A stretch of DNA of 64,000 bases, from NCBI GenBank assembly GCA_903893565.1, contig CAITMU010000125.1, positions 20,578-84,577 of the forward strand. The letters are read 5' to 3'. This stretch comes from an uncultured beta proteobacterium. Its GTDB lineage: Bacteria > Pseudomonadota > Gammaproteobacteria > Burkholderiales > SG8-41. Position numbers and translations under genes: made by a program. Below, one piece after another: positions 56,158-64,000 of the stretch (positions are counted from its first letter, which is position 1; every line of letters begins with the position of its first letter). The notes under the pieces are model-generated. The model was not told the DNA's origin, searched no databases, and worked only from the letters and a program-made list of their open reading frames with translations.

Positions 56158-56163
56158 AACGTT

Positions 56164-57576
56164 TTAGGACTGACAGCGGTTTTCGATATAGTCCTTGATG
56201 GCATCAGAATCCACATGCATCACATCCATACGTTGGGGCAAGCGCTCTAAGCCCCGGCAGTTTTCTGGGCATGGGGGTTCACGTCCCAAAACCTCTTGAA
56301 TAATCTCGGCGAATTTGACGGGTTGCGCCGTTTCAAGAAAAATTAATGGCACTCCCGGGGTTCTATGTTCCAGTCCTACCTTGATCGCATCGGCGGTATG
56401 CGTGTCGACCATCACATCGTATTTTTTATAAATATCTCGTATGGTTTTTAAACGATCGGCATGCTGACTCGTGCCCGAGACGATCCCCGATTCGGCCAAG
56501 CGATTCATGTAAGGCGTACCCTGTAAATTAAATTCCCCGCCTCGCTCAACGGCCTGCCATAGGGCAGATAATTTATGGGTATCACGTTCAACAAGATCGA
56601 ACACAAAGCGCTCGAAATTAGAGGCTTTGGAGATATCCATCGAAGGACTGGAGGTTTGCTTAACCTCAGAGGAGACACGAGGACGGTAAATACCGGTTTT
56701 AAAGAACTCATCCAATACATTGTTCTCGTTAGTGGCCAGTATCAGTTGATGAATCGGCAGTCCCATTTGTCGGGCGATGTAGCCAGCCAGAACGTTACCA
56801 AAATTGCCCGTTGGCACGGCAAAACTCACGACTTCGGAGTCGTTTTTTGTGGCGGCAAAATAGCCTTTGAAATAATAGACCACTTGGGCTGCAACCCGAG
56901 CCCAGTTAATCGAGTTCACGGTTCCGATATGAAACCGTCTTTTAAACGATTCATCATGTGAGACTTGTTTAACCATATCCTGACAATCGTCAAACACCCC
57001 TTTGATAGCGATGTTGAAAATATTAGGATCCGATAAAGAATACATCTGTGCCGTTTGAAAACGACTCATCTTGCCATGAGGCGAGAGCATAAAGACACGA
57101 ATACCGCGTTTGCCACGCATGGCATACTCGGCCGCTGAACCGGTGTCTCCCGAGGTGGCGCCCAGAATATTGAGTTGCCCTTTTTGGCTCGTTAAGACGA
57201 ACTCGAAGAGGTTTCCTAACAACTGCAACGCCAGGTCCTTGAAAGCCAAGGTCGGGCCATTGGATAAACCGAGCAAGTGTAAGCCCGGTTCCAGTGTTTT
57301 TAGCGGCGTAATCGCCTCAGAACAAAACACTTTGGCGGTATAGGTTTTTTTGATGAGCTTCTTAAGATCCGTTGGCGCAATATCATCGATGTAGTGGGAT
57401 AAAATATCAAAGGCCAAATCGGCATAGGACATTTTTCTTAAACGAGACAACGAGGCCTTCGAGTATTGGGGATAGGTTTGTGGCATCGCCAATCCACCAT
57501 CGGTGGCTAGACCTTCGAGTAAAATCTCACGAAAAGAGCGAGGAGTCATCCCTCCCCGGGTACTGATATAGCGCAC
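56164..57576 (-). CDS. thrC: Threonine synthase
   Basis: N-terminus MRYISTRGG (GTG start), PLP-lysine motif GPTLAFKD, 470 aa. The start overlaps the hom stop by 1 nt (TAGTG). Confidence 0.95.
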   Translation of the reverse strand: MRYISTRGGMTPRSFREILLEGLATDGGLAMPQTYPQYSKASLSRLRKMSYADLAFDILSHYIDDIAPTDLKKLIKKTYTAKVFCSEAITPLKTLEPGLHLLGLSNGPTLAFKDLALQLLGNLFEFVLTSQKGQLNILGATSGDTGSAAEYAMRGKRGIRVFMLSPHGKMSRFQTAQMYSLSDPNIFNIAIKGVFDDCQDMVKQVSHDESFKRRFHIGTVNSINWARVAAQVVYYFKGYFAATKNDSEVVSFAVPTGNFGNVLAGYIARQMGLPIHQLILATNENNVLDEFFKTGIYRPRVSSEVKQTSSPSMDISKASNFERFVFDLVERDTHKLSALWQAVERGGEFNLQGTPYMNRLAESGIVSGTSQHADRLKTIRDIYKKYDVMVDTHTADAIKVGLEHRTPGVPLIFLETAQPVKFAEIIQEVLGREPPCPENCRGLERLPQRMDVMHVDSDAIKDYIENRCQS

Positions 57577-58889
57577 TAGCTGTCCAATTCTTCGAGGCGA
57601 ATCCGTGTGACCTTACCAGTCACCACCGCCAACGCTTCTATTTTCGCGATGGCTTGGTTCACTTGTTTTTCAAGGGTTTGATGCGTCAACATAATGATGT
57701 TGACGGAAGTTTCACCTTCAGTGGGTTCTTTTTGAACCATGGCGCCGATGGAAATACCTAAGTCAGCCAATATGCGAGTGATATCGGCGAGCACCCCAGG
57801 CTGATCCAACACCTGCAAGCGTAAATAATAGGCCGTATTCACTTCATCCATCGGCAGCAAAGCGATGTCTGACAACTGGTCAGGCTGAAAGGCCAAGTGG
57901 GGCACTCGGTGCTCCGGGTCCGCTGTCAGCGTTCGGGCCACATCAATCAAATCCCCAATCACAGCCGAACCGGTTGGCTCTGCGCCAGCGCCAGCGCCGT
58001 AAAACATCGTTTGACCGACGGCATCGCCCTTCACTACTATGGCGTTCATCACCCCTTCCACATTGGCGATTAAACGCTCTTTAGGAATTAAGGTCGGGTG
58101 CACCCGCAACTCGATTCCAGCTGCGGTACGCTTGGTAATGCCGAGCAATTTGATCCGATAACCGAGCTCTTCAGCAAAACGGATATCTTCCCTCGTGAGC
58201 TTTGATATGCCTTCGGTGTAGGCCGCAGAAAATTGCATCGGAATACCAAAACCGATGGCCGACATGAGGGTGAGCTTGTGGGCCGCATCAATGCCTTCAA
58301 TATCAAAGGTCGGATCCGCCTCTGCATAGCCAAGCGCTTTGGCTTGCTCCAGCACTTGTGCAAAGGAGGCGCCGGTTTCACGCATTTTCGATAAAATAAA
58401 GTTGGAGGTGCCATTGATAATGCCAACAATCCATTCAATGCGATTGGCTGCCAAGCCCTCACGTAAGGATTTGATGATGGGCACCCCACCGGCGACCGCA
58501 GCTTCAAAGGCGACCATCACGCCCTTTTTGTGTGCTGCGGCAAATATTTCATTGCCATGATGCGCGAGTAAGGCCTTATTGGCCGTCACCACGTGCTTGC
58601 CATTTTCAATGGCCTTCATGACCAATTGCTTAGCCACACCGGTGCCACCGATGAGTTCCACCACAATATCGATGGCCGGGTCATTCACCACGCTAAAGGC
58701 ATCATCGGTGATCGTTGCCTCACCCTGGGTGATTGCCTTGGCGCGCGCCGTGTCCTTGTCCGCCACGGTAGTAATAACAATGGCTCTACCGGCACGCCGA
58801 GAAATTTCTTCTCGGTTACGCAGTAGCACTGAAAAAGTGCCCCCACCTACCGTGCCGATGCCGAGTAATCCAACTTGGATCGGTTTCAT
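57576..58889 (-). CDS. hom: Homoserine dehydrogenase
   Basis: Rossmann motif [12 protein letters not shown], a catalytic domain, and a C-terminal ACT domain. 437 aa. Confidence 0.95.
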   Translation of the reverse strand: MKPIQVGLLGIGTVGGGTFSVLLRNREEISRRAGRAIVITTVADKDTARAKAITQGEATITDDAFSVVNDPAIDIVVELIGGTGVAKQLVMKAIENGKHVVTANKALLAHHGNEIFAAAHKKGVMVAFEAAVAGGVPIIKSLREGLAANRIEWIVGIINGTSNFILSKMRETGASFAQVLEQAKALGYAEADPTFDIEGIDAAHKLTLMSAIGFGIPMQFSAAYTEGISKLTREDIRFAEELGYRIKLLGITKRTAAGIELRVHPTLIPKERLIANVEGVMNAIVVKGDAVGQTMFYGAGAGAEPTGSAVIGDLIDVARTLTADPEHRVPHLAFQPDQLSDIALLPMDEVNTAYYLRLQVLDQPGVLADITRILADLGISIGAMVQKEPTEGETSVNIIMLTHQTLEKQVNQAIAKIEALAVVTGKVTRIRLEELDS

Positions 58890-60070
58890 ATTAATCCATC
58901 CTTACGAAACATTTCCTTGATTCCCCGCACGGCCTGGCGAGTACGGGCTTCGTTTTCAATCAACGCAAAGCGTACGTGGTTATCGCCGTAGTGGCCGAAC
59001 CCGATACCGGGGGCCACTGCAATCTTGGCCTCGTTTAAGAGTTTTTTAGAAAACTCGAGAGAACCCATCTTTTTGTAAGCCTCTGGAATCGGGGCCCAGA
59101 TATACATGGTGGCCTTGGGAATATCCACCATCCAACCCAAAGCGTGCAGTCCCGCACACAAAACATCACGTCGATTTTGGTAAGTCGCACGCACCTCTTC
59201 CACACACTCTTGGGGTCCTTCAAGCGCAATGATGGAGGCGACTTGGATAGGAGTGAAAGTCCCATAATCATGGTAACTTTTCATACGGCCCAAGGCCGAT
59301 ACGAGGGCCGGATTACCCACCATGTAGCCCACCCGCCAACCGGCCATGTTGTAGCTCTTGGACATTGTAAAAAATTCCACTGCCACATCCTTGGCCCCAG
59401 GCACTTCCAATATCGAGGGCGCGCGATAGCCATCGAAAACAATGTCAGCGTAGGCTAAATCATGCACCACATAAATGTTATGTTCACGGGCAATCGCCAC
59501 CAGGCGCTCAAAAAAGCTCAGATCAACACACTGAGTGGTGGGATTACTAGGAAAATTCACAATCAACATTTTTGGTTTGGGATAGCCATCCCGGATGGCT
59601 TTTTCTAGCTCATCAAAAAAGTTAACATCGGCACTCATCGGCACGTGACGAATGTCGGCTCCCGCAATCACAGGACCGTAAATGTGGATGGGATAACTGG
59701 GATTGGGTACTAAAACCACATCCCCACGCTCCAAAGTAGCAAGGGCTAAATGGGCAATCCCTTCCTTGGATCCGATGGTGACAATAGCTTCGGTGTCAGG
59801 ATCTAAATCAACGTTATAGCGTGTTTTATACCAGTTACAGATGGCTTTACGAAGACGATGGATACCTTTGGAGACCGAATATCCATGGGTATCGGTTCGT
59901 TGGATCGACTCCACCAATTTGTCCACAATGTGTCGAGGTGTGGGGCCATCAGGATTACCCATACTAAAGTCGATCACGTCTTCTCCCCGTCGACGCGCGG
60001 CAAGTTTGAGCTCTCCTGTGACGTTAAAAACGTAAGGAGGTAGACGCTTAATTCGAGGAAAATCTTCCAT
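58886..60070 (-). CDS. Class I/II PLP-dependent aminotransferase (AlaC-like)
   Basis: PLP-lysine context [13 protein letters not shown] and N-terminal RLPPYVF. It lies upstream of hom-thrC with a 4-nt overlap. Confidence 0.9.
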   Translation of the reverse strand: MEDFPRIKRLPPYVFNVTGELKLAARRRGEDVIDFSMGNPDGPTPRHIVDKLVESIQRTDTHGYSVSKGIHRLRKAICNWYKTRYNVDLDPDTEAIVTIGSKEGIAHLALATLERGDVVLVPNPSYPIHIYGPVIAGADIRHVPMSADVNFFDELEKAIRDGYPKPKMLIVNFPSNPTTQCVDLSFFERLVAIAREHNIYVVHDLAYADIVFDGYRAPSILEVPGAKDVAVEFFTMSKSYNMAGWRVGYMVGNPALVSALGRMKSYHDYGTFTPIQVASIIALEGPQECVEEVRATYQNRRDVLCAGLHALGWMVDIPKATMYIWAPIPEAYKKMGSLEFSKKLLNEAKIAVAPGIGFGHYGDNHVRFALIENEARTRQAVRGIKEMFRKDGLI

Positions 60071-60163
60071 GTGACCGTTTCTGTTGAGCTTTGTAAGCGT
60101 ATAATTTTATCCGACCATGGAACTGCTTGCAAATCAGAAACTTATCAAACTTTGTGAATTTTT

Positions 60164-60532
60164 ATGAAACTGCACTTGGCCACCTCATTAGGCAGTCACC
60201 GTTTTACCGGCTATGGGTCGGGTTATGTGCTGGTTAATCAACAGCGTTTTGAGCGTCCCATTGTCGTAAGCGCGAGCCAAATCTTTGAAAACTTGGATGC
60301 GCTCGATTTAGAGTCTGCCCAGTCCGGGCACCGGGATTTTCTGATTGATTTGAAGCCTGATATATTATTATTTGGTACAGGCAATCAGCATCGTTTTCCG
60401 AGTCCCGCCTGTCGTTTAGCCTTTGCCCGAGCCAATATTGGGCTAGAAAGTATGGATACGGCCGCCGCGTGTCGCACTTTTAATATTTTGATCGCGGAAG
60501 AAAGAAATGTCATTGCAGCAGTTCTGGTGTAA
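60164..60532 (+). CDS. Mth938-like (DUF498/NDUFAF3-like) domain protein
   Basis: 122 aa: ILLFGTGNQHRFP and GLESMDTAAACRTFNILIAEERNVIAAVL are typical of the family. Confidence 0.8.
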   Translation: MKLHLATSLGSHRFTGYGSGYVLVNQQRFERPIVVSASQIFENLDALDLESAQSGHRDFLIDLKPDILLFGTGNQHRFPSPACRLAFARANIGLESMDTAAACRTFNILIAEERNVIAAVLV

Positions 60533-60556
60533 TTCCCCTATTGCTAGTATAGGCAC

Positions 60557-61501
60557 TTAAGACTCGTCTAGACCCGCCAAGGTGCGCACGTGTAACTCGA
60601 CGCATCGTCCTAGGGCTTCGATCCCGTAGCCGCCCTCCAACATAGATACCAGCCGTCCATGAGCCGAACGTTCTGCCACTTGCATCATTTGTTGGGTTAA
60701 CCAGCCATAATCCTCGTCCTGCCATTGAAGAGAGGCCAAAGGGTCGTCTTCATGAGCATCAAAACCTGCCGAAATAAGGATCAATTCGGGAGAAAAGTCT
60801 GCCAATGCAGGCAACCAGTGATCTTGAACCGCACTGCGCAGGGCTTGAGAGCCGCTTCGAGCCGGTAAAGGAATGTTGACCATACGCTTGGATCGACCTT
60901 CAACCCCACTATAGGGATAAAAAGGATGCTGGAAAGTCGACACCATTAGGACTCTTGGGTCATGGGCAAAGATATTTTCTGTCCCGTTGCCATGATGAAC
61001 ATCAAAATCGATGATGGCGATCCGTTTAAGCCCATAAGTCTCCAGAGCATGGGCTGCTGCCACACAAACGTGATTGATTATGCAAAACCCCATAGACCTA
61101 GCCCGCTCTGCATGATGACCAGGGGGGCGAACTGCACAAAAAGCATTTTTAACCTCCCCTCGCATGACCGCATCAATGGCACTCACCCCAGCGCCGGCGG
61201 CAGTGTAGGCGGCGTTGAGGGAAAAAGGATTCATTGCGGTGTCTGGATCCAACTGAACGAGTCCTTGGTTGGGGCTCGCTTGCTCCAATTCATCAAGGTA
61301 GGCGGCCTCGTGCACGCGTTCGACTTGCTCACGGGTAGCAGCCCCCGCGGTCATCACCAAGACGGATTGTATAAGCCCCGTGTCTTTCAATTGATTCTCG
61401 ATGGCTTTCAGGCGCGCTGGGGACTCCGGGTGGCCGGGGCCCATATCGTGGAGAACCCCTTGAGGATGTGTCAAATACAGCGTTTTTAAAGGGACCGGCA
61501 C
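60557..61501 (-). CDS. Histone deacetylase-family (acetylpolyamine/acetoin-utilization type) deacetylase
   Basis: RPPGHHA, the IIDFDVHHGNGTE metal/catalytic motif, and GGY near the C-terminus. 314 aa. Confidence 0.9.
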   Translation of the reverse strand: MPVPLKTLYLTHPQGVLHDMGPGHPESPARLKAIENQLKDTGLIQSVLVMTAGAATREQVERVHEAAYLDELEQASPNQGLVQLDPDTAMNPFSLNAAYTAAGAGVSAIDAVMRGEVKNAFCAVRPPGHHAERARSMGFCIINHVCVAAAHALETYGLKRIAIIDFDVHHGNGTENIFAHDPRVLMVSTFQHPFYPYSGVEGRSKRMVNIPLPARSGSQALRSAVQDHWLPALADFSPELILISAGFDAHEDDPLASLQWQDEDYGWLTQQMMQVAERSAHGRLVSMLEGGYGIEALGRCVELHVRTLAGLDES

Positions 61502-61517
61502 AGGAGGACTCTCAATC

Positions 61518-62738
61518 TTAGCGCGAGGGCAAATATTGGATGGGATCGACGGGTTTACCTAGGCGACGAATTTCAAAATGCAATTGCACCTTGTCGGAAT
61601 CCGTATCCCCCATTTCAGCAATCTTTTGGCCTTTGCTAACCGTCTGGCCTTCTTTGACTAACAATTTACTGTTATGACCGTAGACACTCAGAAAACTACG
61701 GTTGTGACGGATCACCACGAGGTTACCCAATCCGCGAATGCCCGTACCACTGAAAATGACTTTGCCTGCGCCACTGGCATTAACCCCTTGACCCATTGCC
61801 CCCGGAATCAGAACCCCTTTACTGGATTCCTCATTGTAGCCAGCGCTCAAAGAGCCATTGGTTGGCCAAGCCCAATCGATAGCCTCTAGTCCTTGCCCCG
61901 CATCCACAATCGTGGCCGATTCCTGAGGCTTCACTGCAGTCCCATCGGTTATCGTTTTTGACATTCGAGCGTAGTTGGCTTTGGAATAAGGCACGATCTC
62001 TCCCATTGGAGAGGCTCTTACCTTGGTGTCGGTGGCTTTATCAGGGGCTTTTTCGATGGGTTTTTCTTTGTCTTTAACTGATAATTTATCTCCGGGCGAG
62101 ACTGTGGCTGGGGTAGTGGATAAGACTTCTTTTTCCGGCAAGAACACCAAGGGTTTCTTGGTCTCCGGTTTGACGGCCCCAGCGGCACTGTCAAGATTGG
62201 GGCTTGGGGTGGTGGCAGGGGTGGCAGCCGGAGCGCTGAGGTTTTTAGGTGCGGGGCTCAGGCGTAATTGTTGCCCTGCCCGGATGCTATCCGGTTCAAT
62301 CCCATTCCATTCGGCAAGATCTAAAAAATTCAGTCGATTAGCCCGTGCTATGGCAAACAAGGTGTCACCCTGTTTTACGGTATAAGGCTCGTCGTTATTA
62401 ACGCTAGGGGCTATATTTTTGGGCGGTGGTGCCACAGCACCCAAGGGCTTCGGGAGGGGGGATGGATTGAGCGGTGAGGGGGAGGCGCTTGGGACGGATT
62501 GGGGTGAGGCACTCAGCGCAGAAGGTTTGGATGGGGATGGGGATGGGGATGACGGTGCGGGAAGGGGCACTGGGGACTGAGAACTCGAAGCTTTAATGGC
62601 GGGCAAGCCTTCGGCGTTTAAACGGCCTTGTGAGCCCTCCAAAACTGGGGCTGGCAGGTTTGCAGTACACCCGAACAAAAAAGCCCCGAGCAACGAAAAC
62701 GTGAGCCAAGCCAAACGAGCCAACCGTTCTAGACTCAT
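61518..62738 (-). CDS. nlpD: LysM + M23 peptidase lipoprotein (NlpD-like)
   Basis: Lipobox LFGC, a Pro/Ser-rich linker, a LysM domain (YTVKQGDTLFAIARANRL...) and a C-terminal M23 domain (LVVIRHNRSFLSVYGHNSKLLVKEGQTV). It sits in the surE-pcm-nlpD context. Confidence 0.85.
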   Translation of the reverse strand: MSLERLARLAWLTFSLLGAFLFGCTANLPAPVLEGSQGRLNAEGLPAIKASSSQSPVPLPAPSSPSPSPSKPSALSASPQSVPSASPSPLNPSPLPKPLGAVAPPPKNIAPSVNNDEPYTVKQGDTLFAIARANRLNFLDLAEWNGIEPDSIRAGQQLRLSPAPKNLSAPAATPATTPSPNLDSAAGAVKPETKKPLVFLPEKEVLSTTPATVSPGDKLSVKDKEKPIEKAPDKATDTKVRASPMGEIVPYSKANYARMSKTITDGTAVKPQESATIVDAGQGLEAIDWAWPTNGSLSAGYNEESSKGVLIPGAMGQGVNASGAGKVIFSGTGIRGLGNLVVIRHNRSFLSVYGHNSKLLVKEGQTVSKGQKIAEMGDTDSDKVQLHFEIRRLGKPVDPIQYLPSR

Positions 62739-62744
62739 GACGCG

Positions 62745-63404
62745 CTAACCCGTTCCAGGTAAAAGAGGGACAAACTTCACAGGGTCTAATTTTTTTTCGG
62801 TATACCCTTTTTCTGTCCGTTGAATGACTGAGAGGTATTGCACAGATCCTTTTAGAAGCGGCAATATCATTCTACCGCCTAGCCTTAACTGCTCGAGAAG
62901 GGGTTGAGGCACATGGGTGGCCGCTGCGGTCATTAAGATGACATCAAAGGGCGCTGAGGTTGGCACCCCGGCGTGGCCGTCACCGTGCCTTAAGCGTACA
63001 TTGATCACTTGTGCATTTCTTAAATTAGTACGAGCACGAGCCGTTAACAGTAAGAGCCGTTCAACCGAATGCACCAATTTACACACTCGTGCCAACACGG
63101 CGCATTGGTAGCCGCATCCCGTGCCAATTTCAAGCACTGAATTTAATTCTCCATTAGCACGGGCCAATTCGGTCATACGCGCAACCGTTAAGGGCTGAGA
63201 GATGGTTTGACCAAATCCAATCGGCAGTGATATGTCTTCATAGGCACGGTGAGATAAGGCCTCATCGACAAAAAGGTGTCTCGGAACCTCCCCCATCGCG
63301 GAAAGGACGATTTCGTCTTTGATGCCTTGCTGTCGTAAACGCTCGACCATCCGCATACGAGTGCGTTGGGAGGTCATGCCAATTCCGGATCGATCAACGT
63401 TCAT
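62745..63404 (-). CDS. pcm: Protein-L-isoaspartate O-methyltransferase
   Basis: SAM motif LEIGTGCGYQ, ISQP motif, 219 aa. Confidence 0.95.
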   Translation of the reverse strand: MNVDRSGIGMTSQRTRMRMVERLRQQGIKDEIVLSAMGEVPRHLFVDEALSHRAYEDISLPIGFGQTISQPLTVARMTELARANGELNSVLEIGTGCGYQCAVLARVCKLVHSVERLLLLTARARTNLRNAQVINVRLRHGDGHAGVPTSAPFDVILMTAAATHVPQPLLEQLRLGGRMILPLLKGSVQYLSVIQRTEKGYTEKKLDPVKFVPLLPGTG

Positions 63405-63411
63405 AGAATGC

Positions 63412-64000
63412 TCAAGCCCCTAGCCATTGACTAATGGTGGACATTTGTTCAAATCGGGTCAAATCGAGTTGCAACGGTGTAATGGAAACATGGTTCGTTG
63501 TCACGGAATAAAAGTCCGTTCCCGGACCCGCATCCTGAGCTTGTCCGGCAGCCCCAATCCAATACTGGGTTTCCCCACGAGGATTAATCGCTTTGACAAC
63601 GGGTTCGGCTTTATGACGTTTGCCAAGTCGAGTCACTTCAATGCCTTGCAAGTCCTCGTAAGCGATATCAGGGACGTTCACATTCAGTAGTATAGCCTCT
63701 TTAATTGGGTGAAAAAAATATCGCTCGACTAAATCACGGGCCACCCGCCCAGCCGTATCAAATAAGTCGCGGCCTTCACCCGATAAAGAAATCGCCATAG
63801 AGGGGATACCGAGTAAAAACCCTTCCGTCGCAGCGGCCACCGTGCCCGAATAAATGGTGTCATCGCCCATATTGGCGCCGTGATTAATCCCAGAGACCAC
63901 AAGGTCCGGTAGATGATCAAGCATCCCAGTCACCGCAAGATGGACACAATCGGTGGGAGTACCATTAACGTAAAAAAAACCATTACTGGCTTTTTTAAGG
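63412..64000 (-). CDS. surE: 5'/3'-nucleotidase SurE (N-terminus outside the window)
   Basis: The frame stays open to the window edge (…[18 protein letters not shown]…). [11 protein letters not shown] and the YSGTVAAA motif are present, and pcm lies downstream. Confidence 0.9.
   Translation of the reverse strand, partial: LKKASNGFFYVNGTPTDCVHLAVTGMLDHLPDLVVSGINHGANMGDDTIYSGTVAAATEGFLLGIPSMAISLSGEGRDLFDTAGRVARDLVERYFFHPIKEAILLNVNVPDIAYEDLQGIEVTRLGKRHKAEPVVKAINPRGETQYWIGAAGQAQDAGPGTDFYSVTTNHVSITPLQLDLTRFEQMSTISQWLGA

Noticed and set aside
60962-61489. A 175-aa ORF on the + strand.
   Set aside because: It is antisense to the deacetylase gene, which has unambiguous catalytic motifs. The composition is low-complexity and nothing else supports it.
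62529-62552. A (GGATGG)n repeat encoding (Pro-Ser)n in NlpD.
   Set aside because: This is an ordinary low-complexity linker between the lipobox and the LysM domain of NlpD-like proteins. It is not considered informative beyond possible length polymorphism.

Overview
This 64-kb window looks like chromosomal DNA from a moderately low-GC betaproteobacterium. I infer Burkholderiales, possibly Polynucleobacter-like, from gene order and three Bug/TctC-type binding-protein genes; no search was run. Coding density is high, with about 57 protein genes that I can support. I saw no rRNA, tRNA, CRISPR array, intact IS element or prophage.

Core blocks:
- mltG'-tmk-holB-tatD-ankyrin
- recJ-prfB-lysS (prfB carries the classical +1 programmed frameshift)
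- bamD/rluD-pgeF
- rimO
- nadC
- aminotransferase-hom-thrC
- nlpD-pcm-surE'

Metabolic blocks:
- gcdH-thiolase-hydroxyacyl-CoA dehydrogenase
- acetoacetyl-CoA synthetase
- two separate PHA synthase/reductase pairs (phaC-phaB-phaR and phaC2-phaB2)
- an eight-gene acyl-CoA operon (two CoA-transferases, acyl-CoA dehydrogenase, MaoC hydratase, two CitE lyases, a CMD protein and a Bug protein)
- several small Bug/MFS-linked catabolic clusters

Observations most worth follow-up:
1. A 28-bp sequence at 4583-4610 matches the XerC/XerD dif core at 23 of 28 positions. It sits next to a VapBC-type toxin-antitoxin module and a decayed HTH gene fragment, so this may be the terminus region with a remnant of a dif-integrated element.
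2. An accessory-looking locus at 42.1-45.6 kb holds a tandemly amplified two-gene module: a small secreted Tyr/Pro-rich protein with an invariant C-terminal two-Cys motif, plus a glycine-zipper lipoprotein. It is present as three and two copies, and one copy is decayed. It is preceded by a perfect 60-bp tandem duplication and a 65-nt polypyrimidine/C-run tract.
3. C-run tracts, G-quadruplex-capable on the minus strand, recur upstream of minus-strand operons.

All functional calls rest on motif recognition in the supplied translations, not on database searches.
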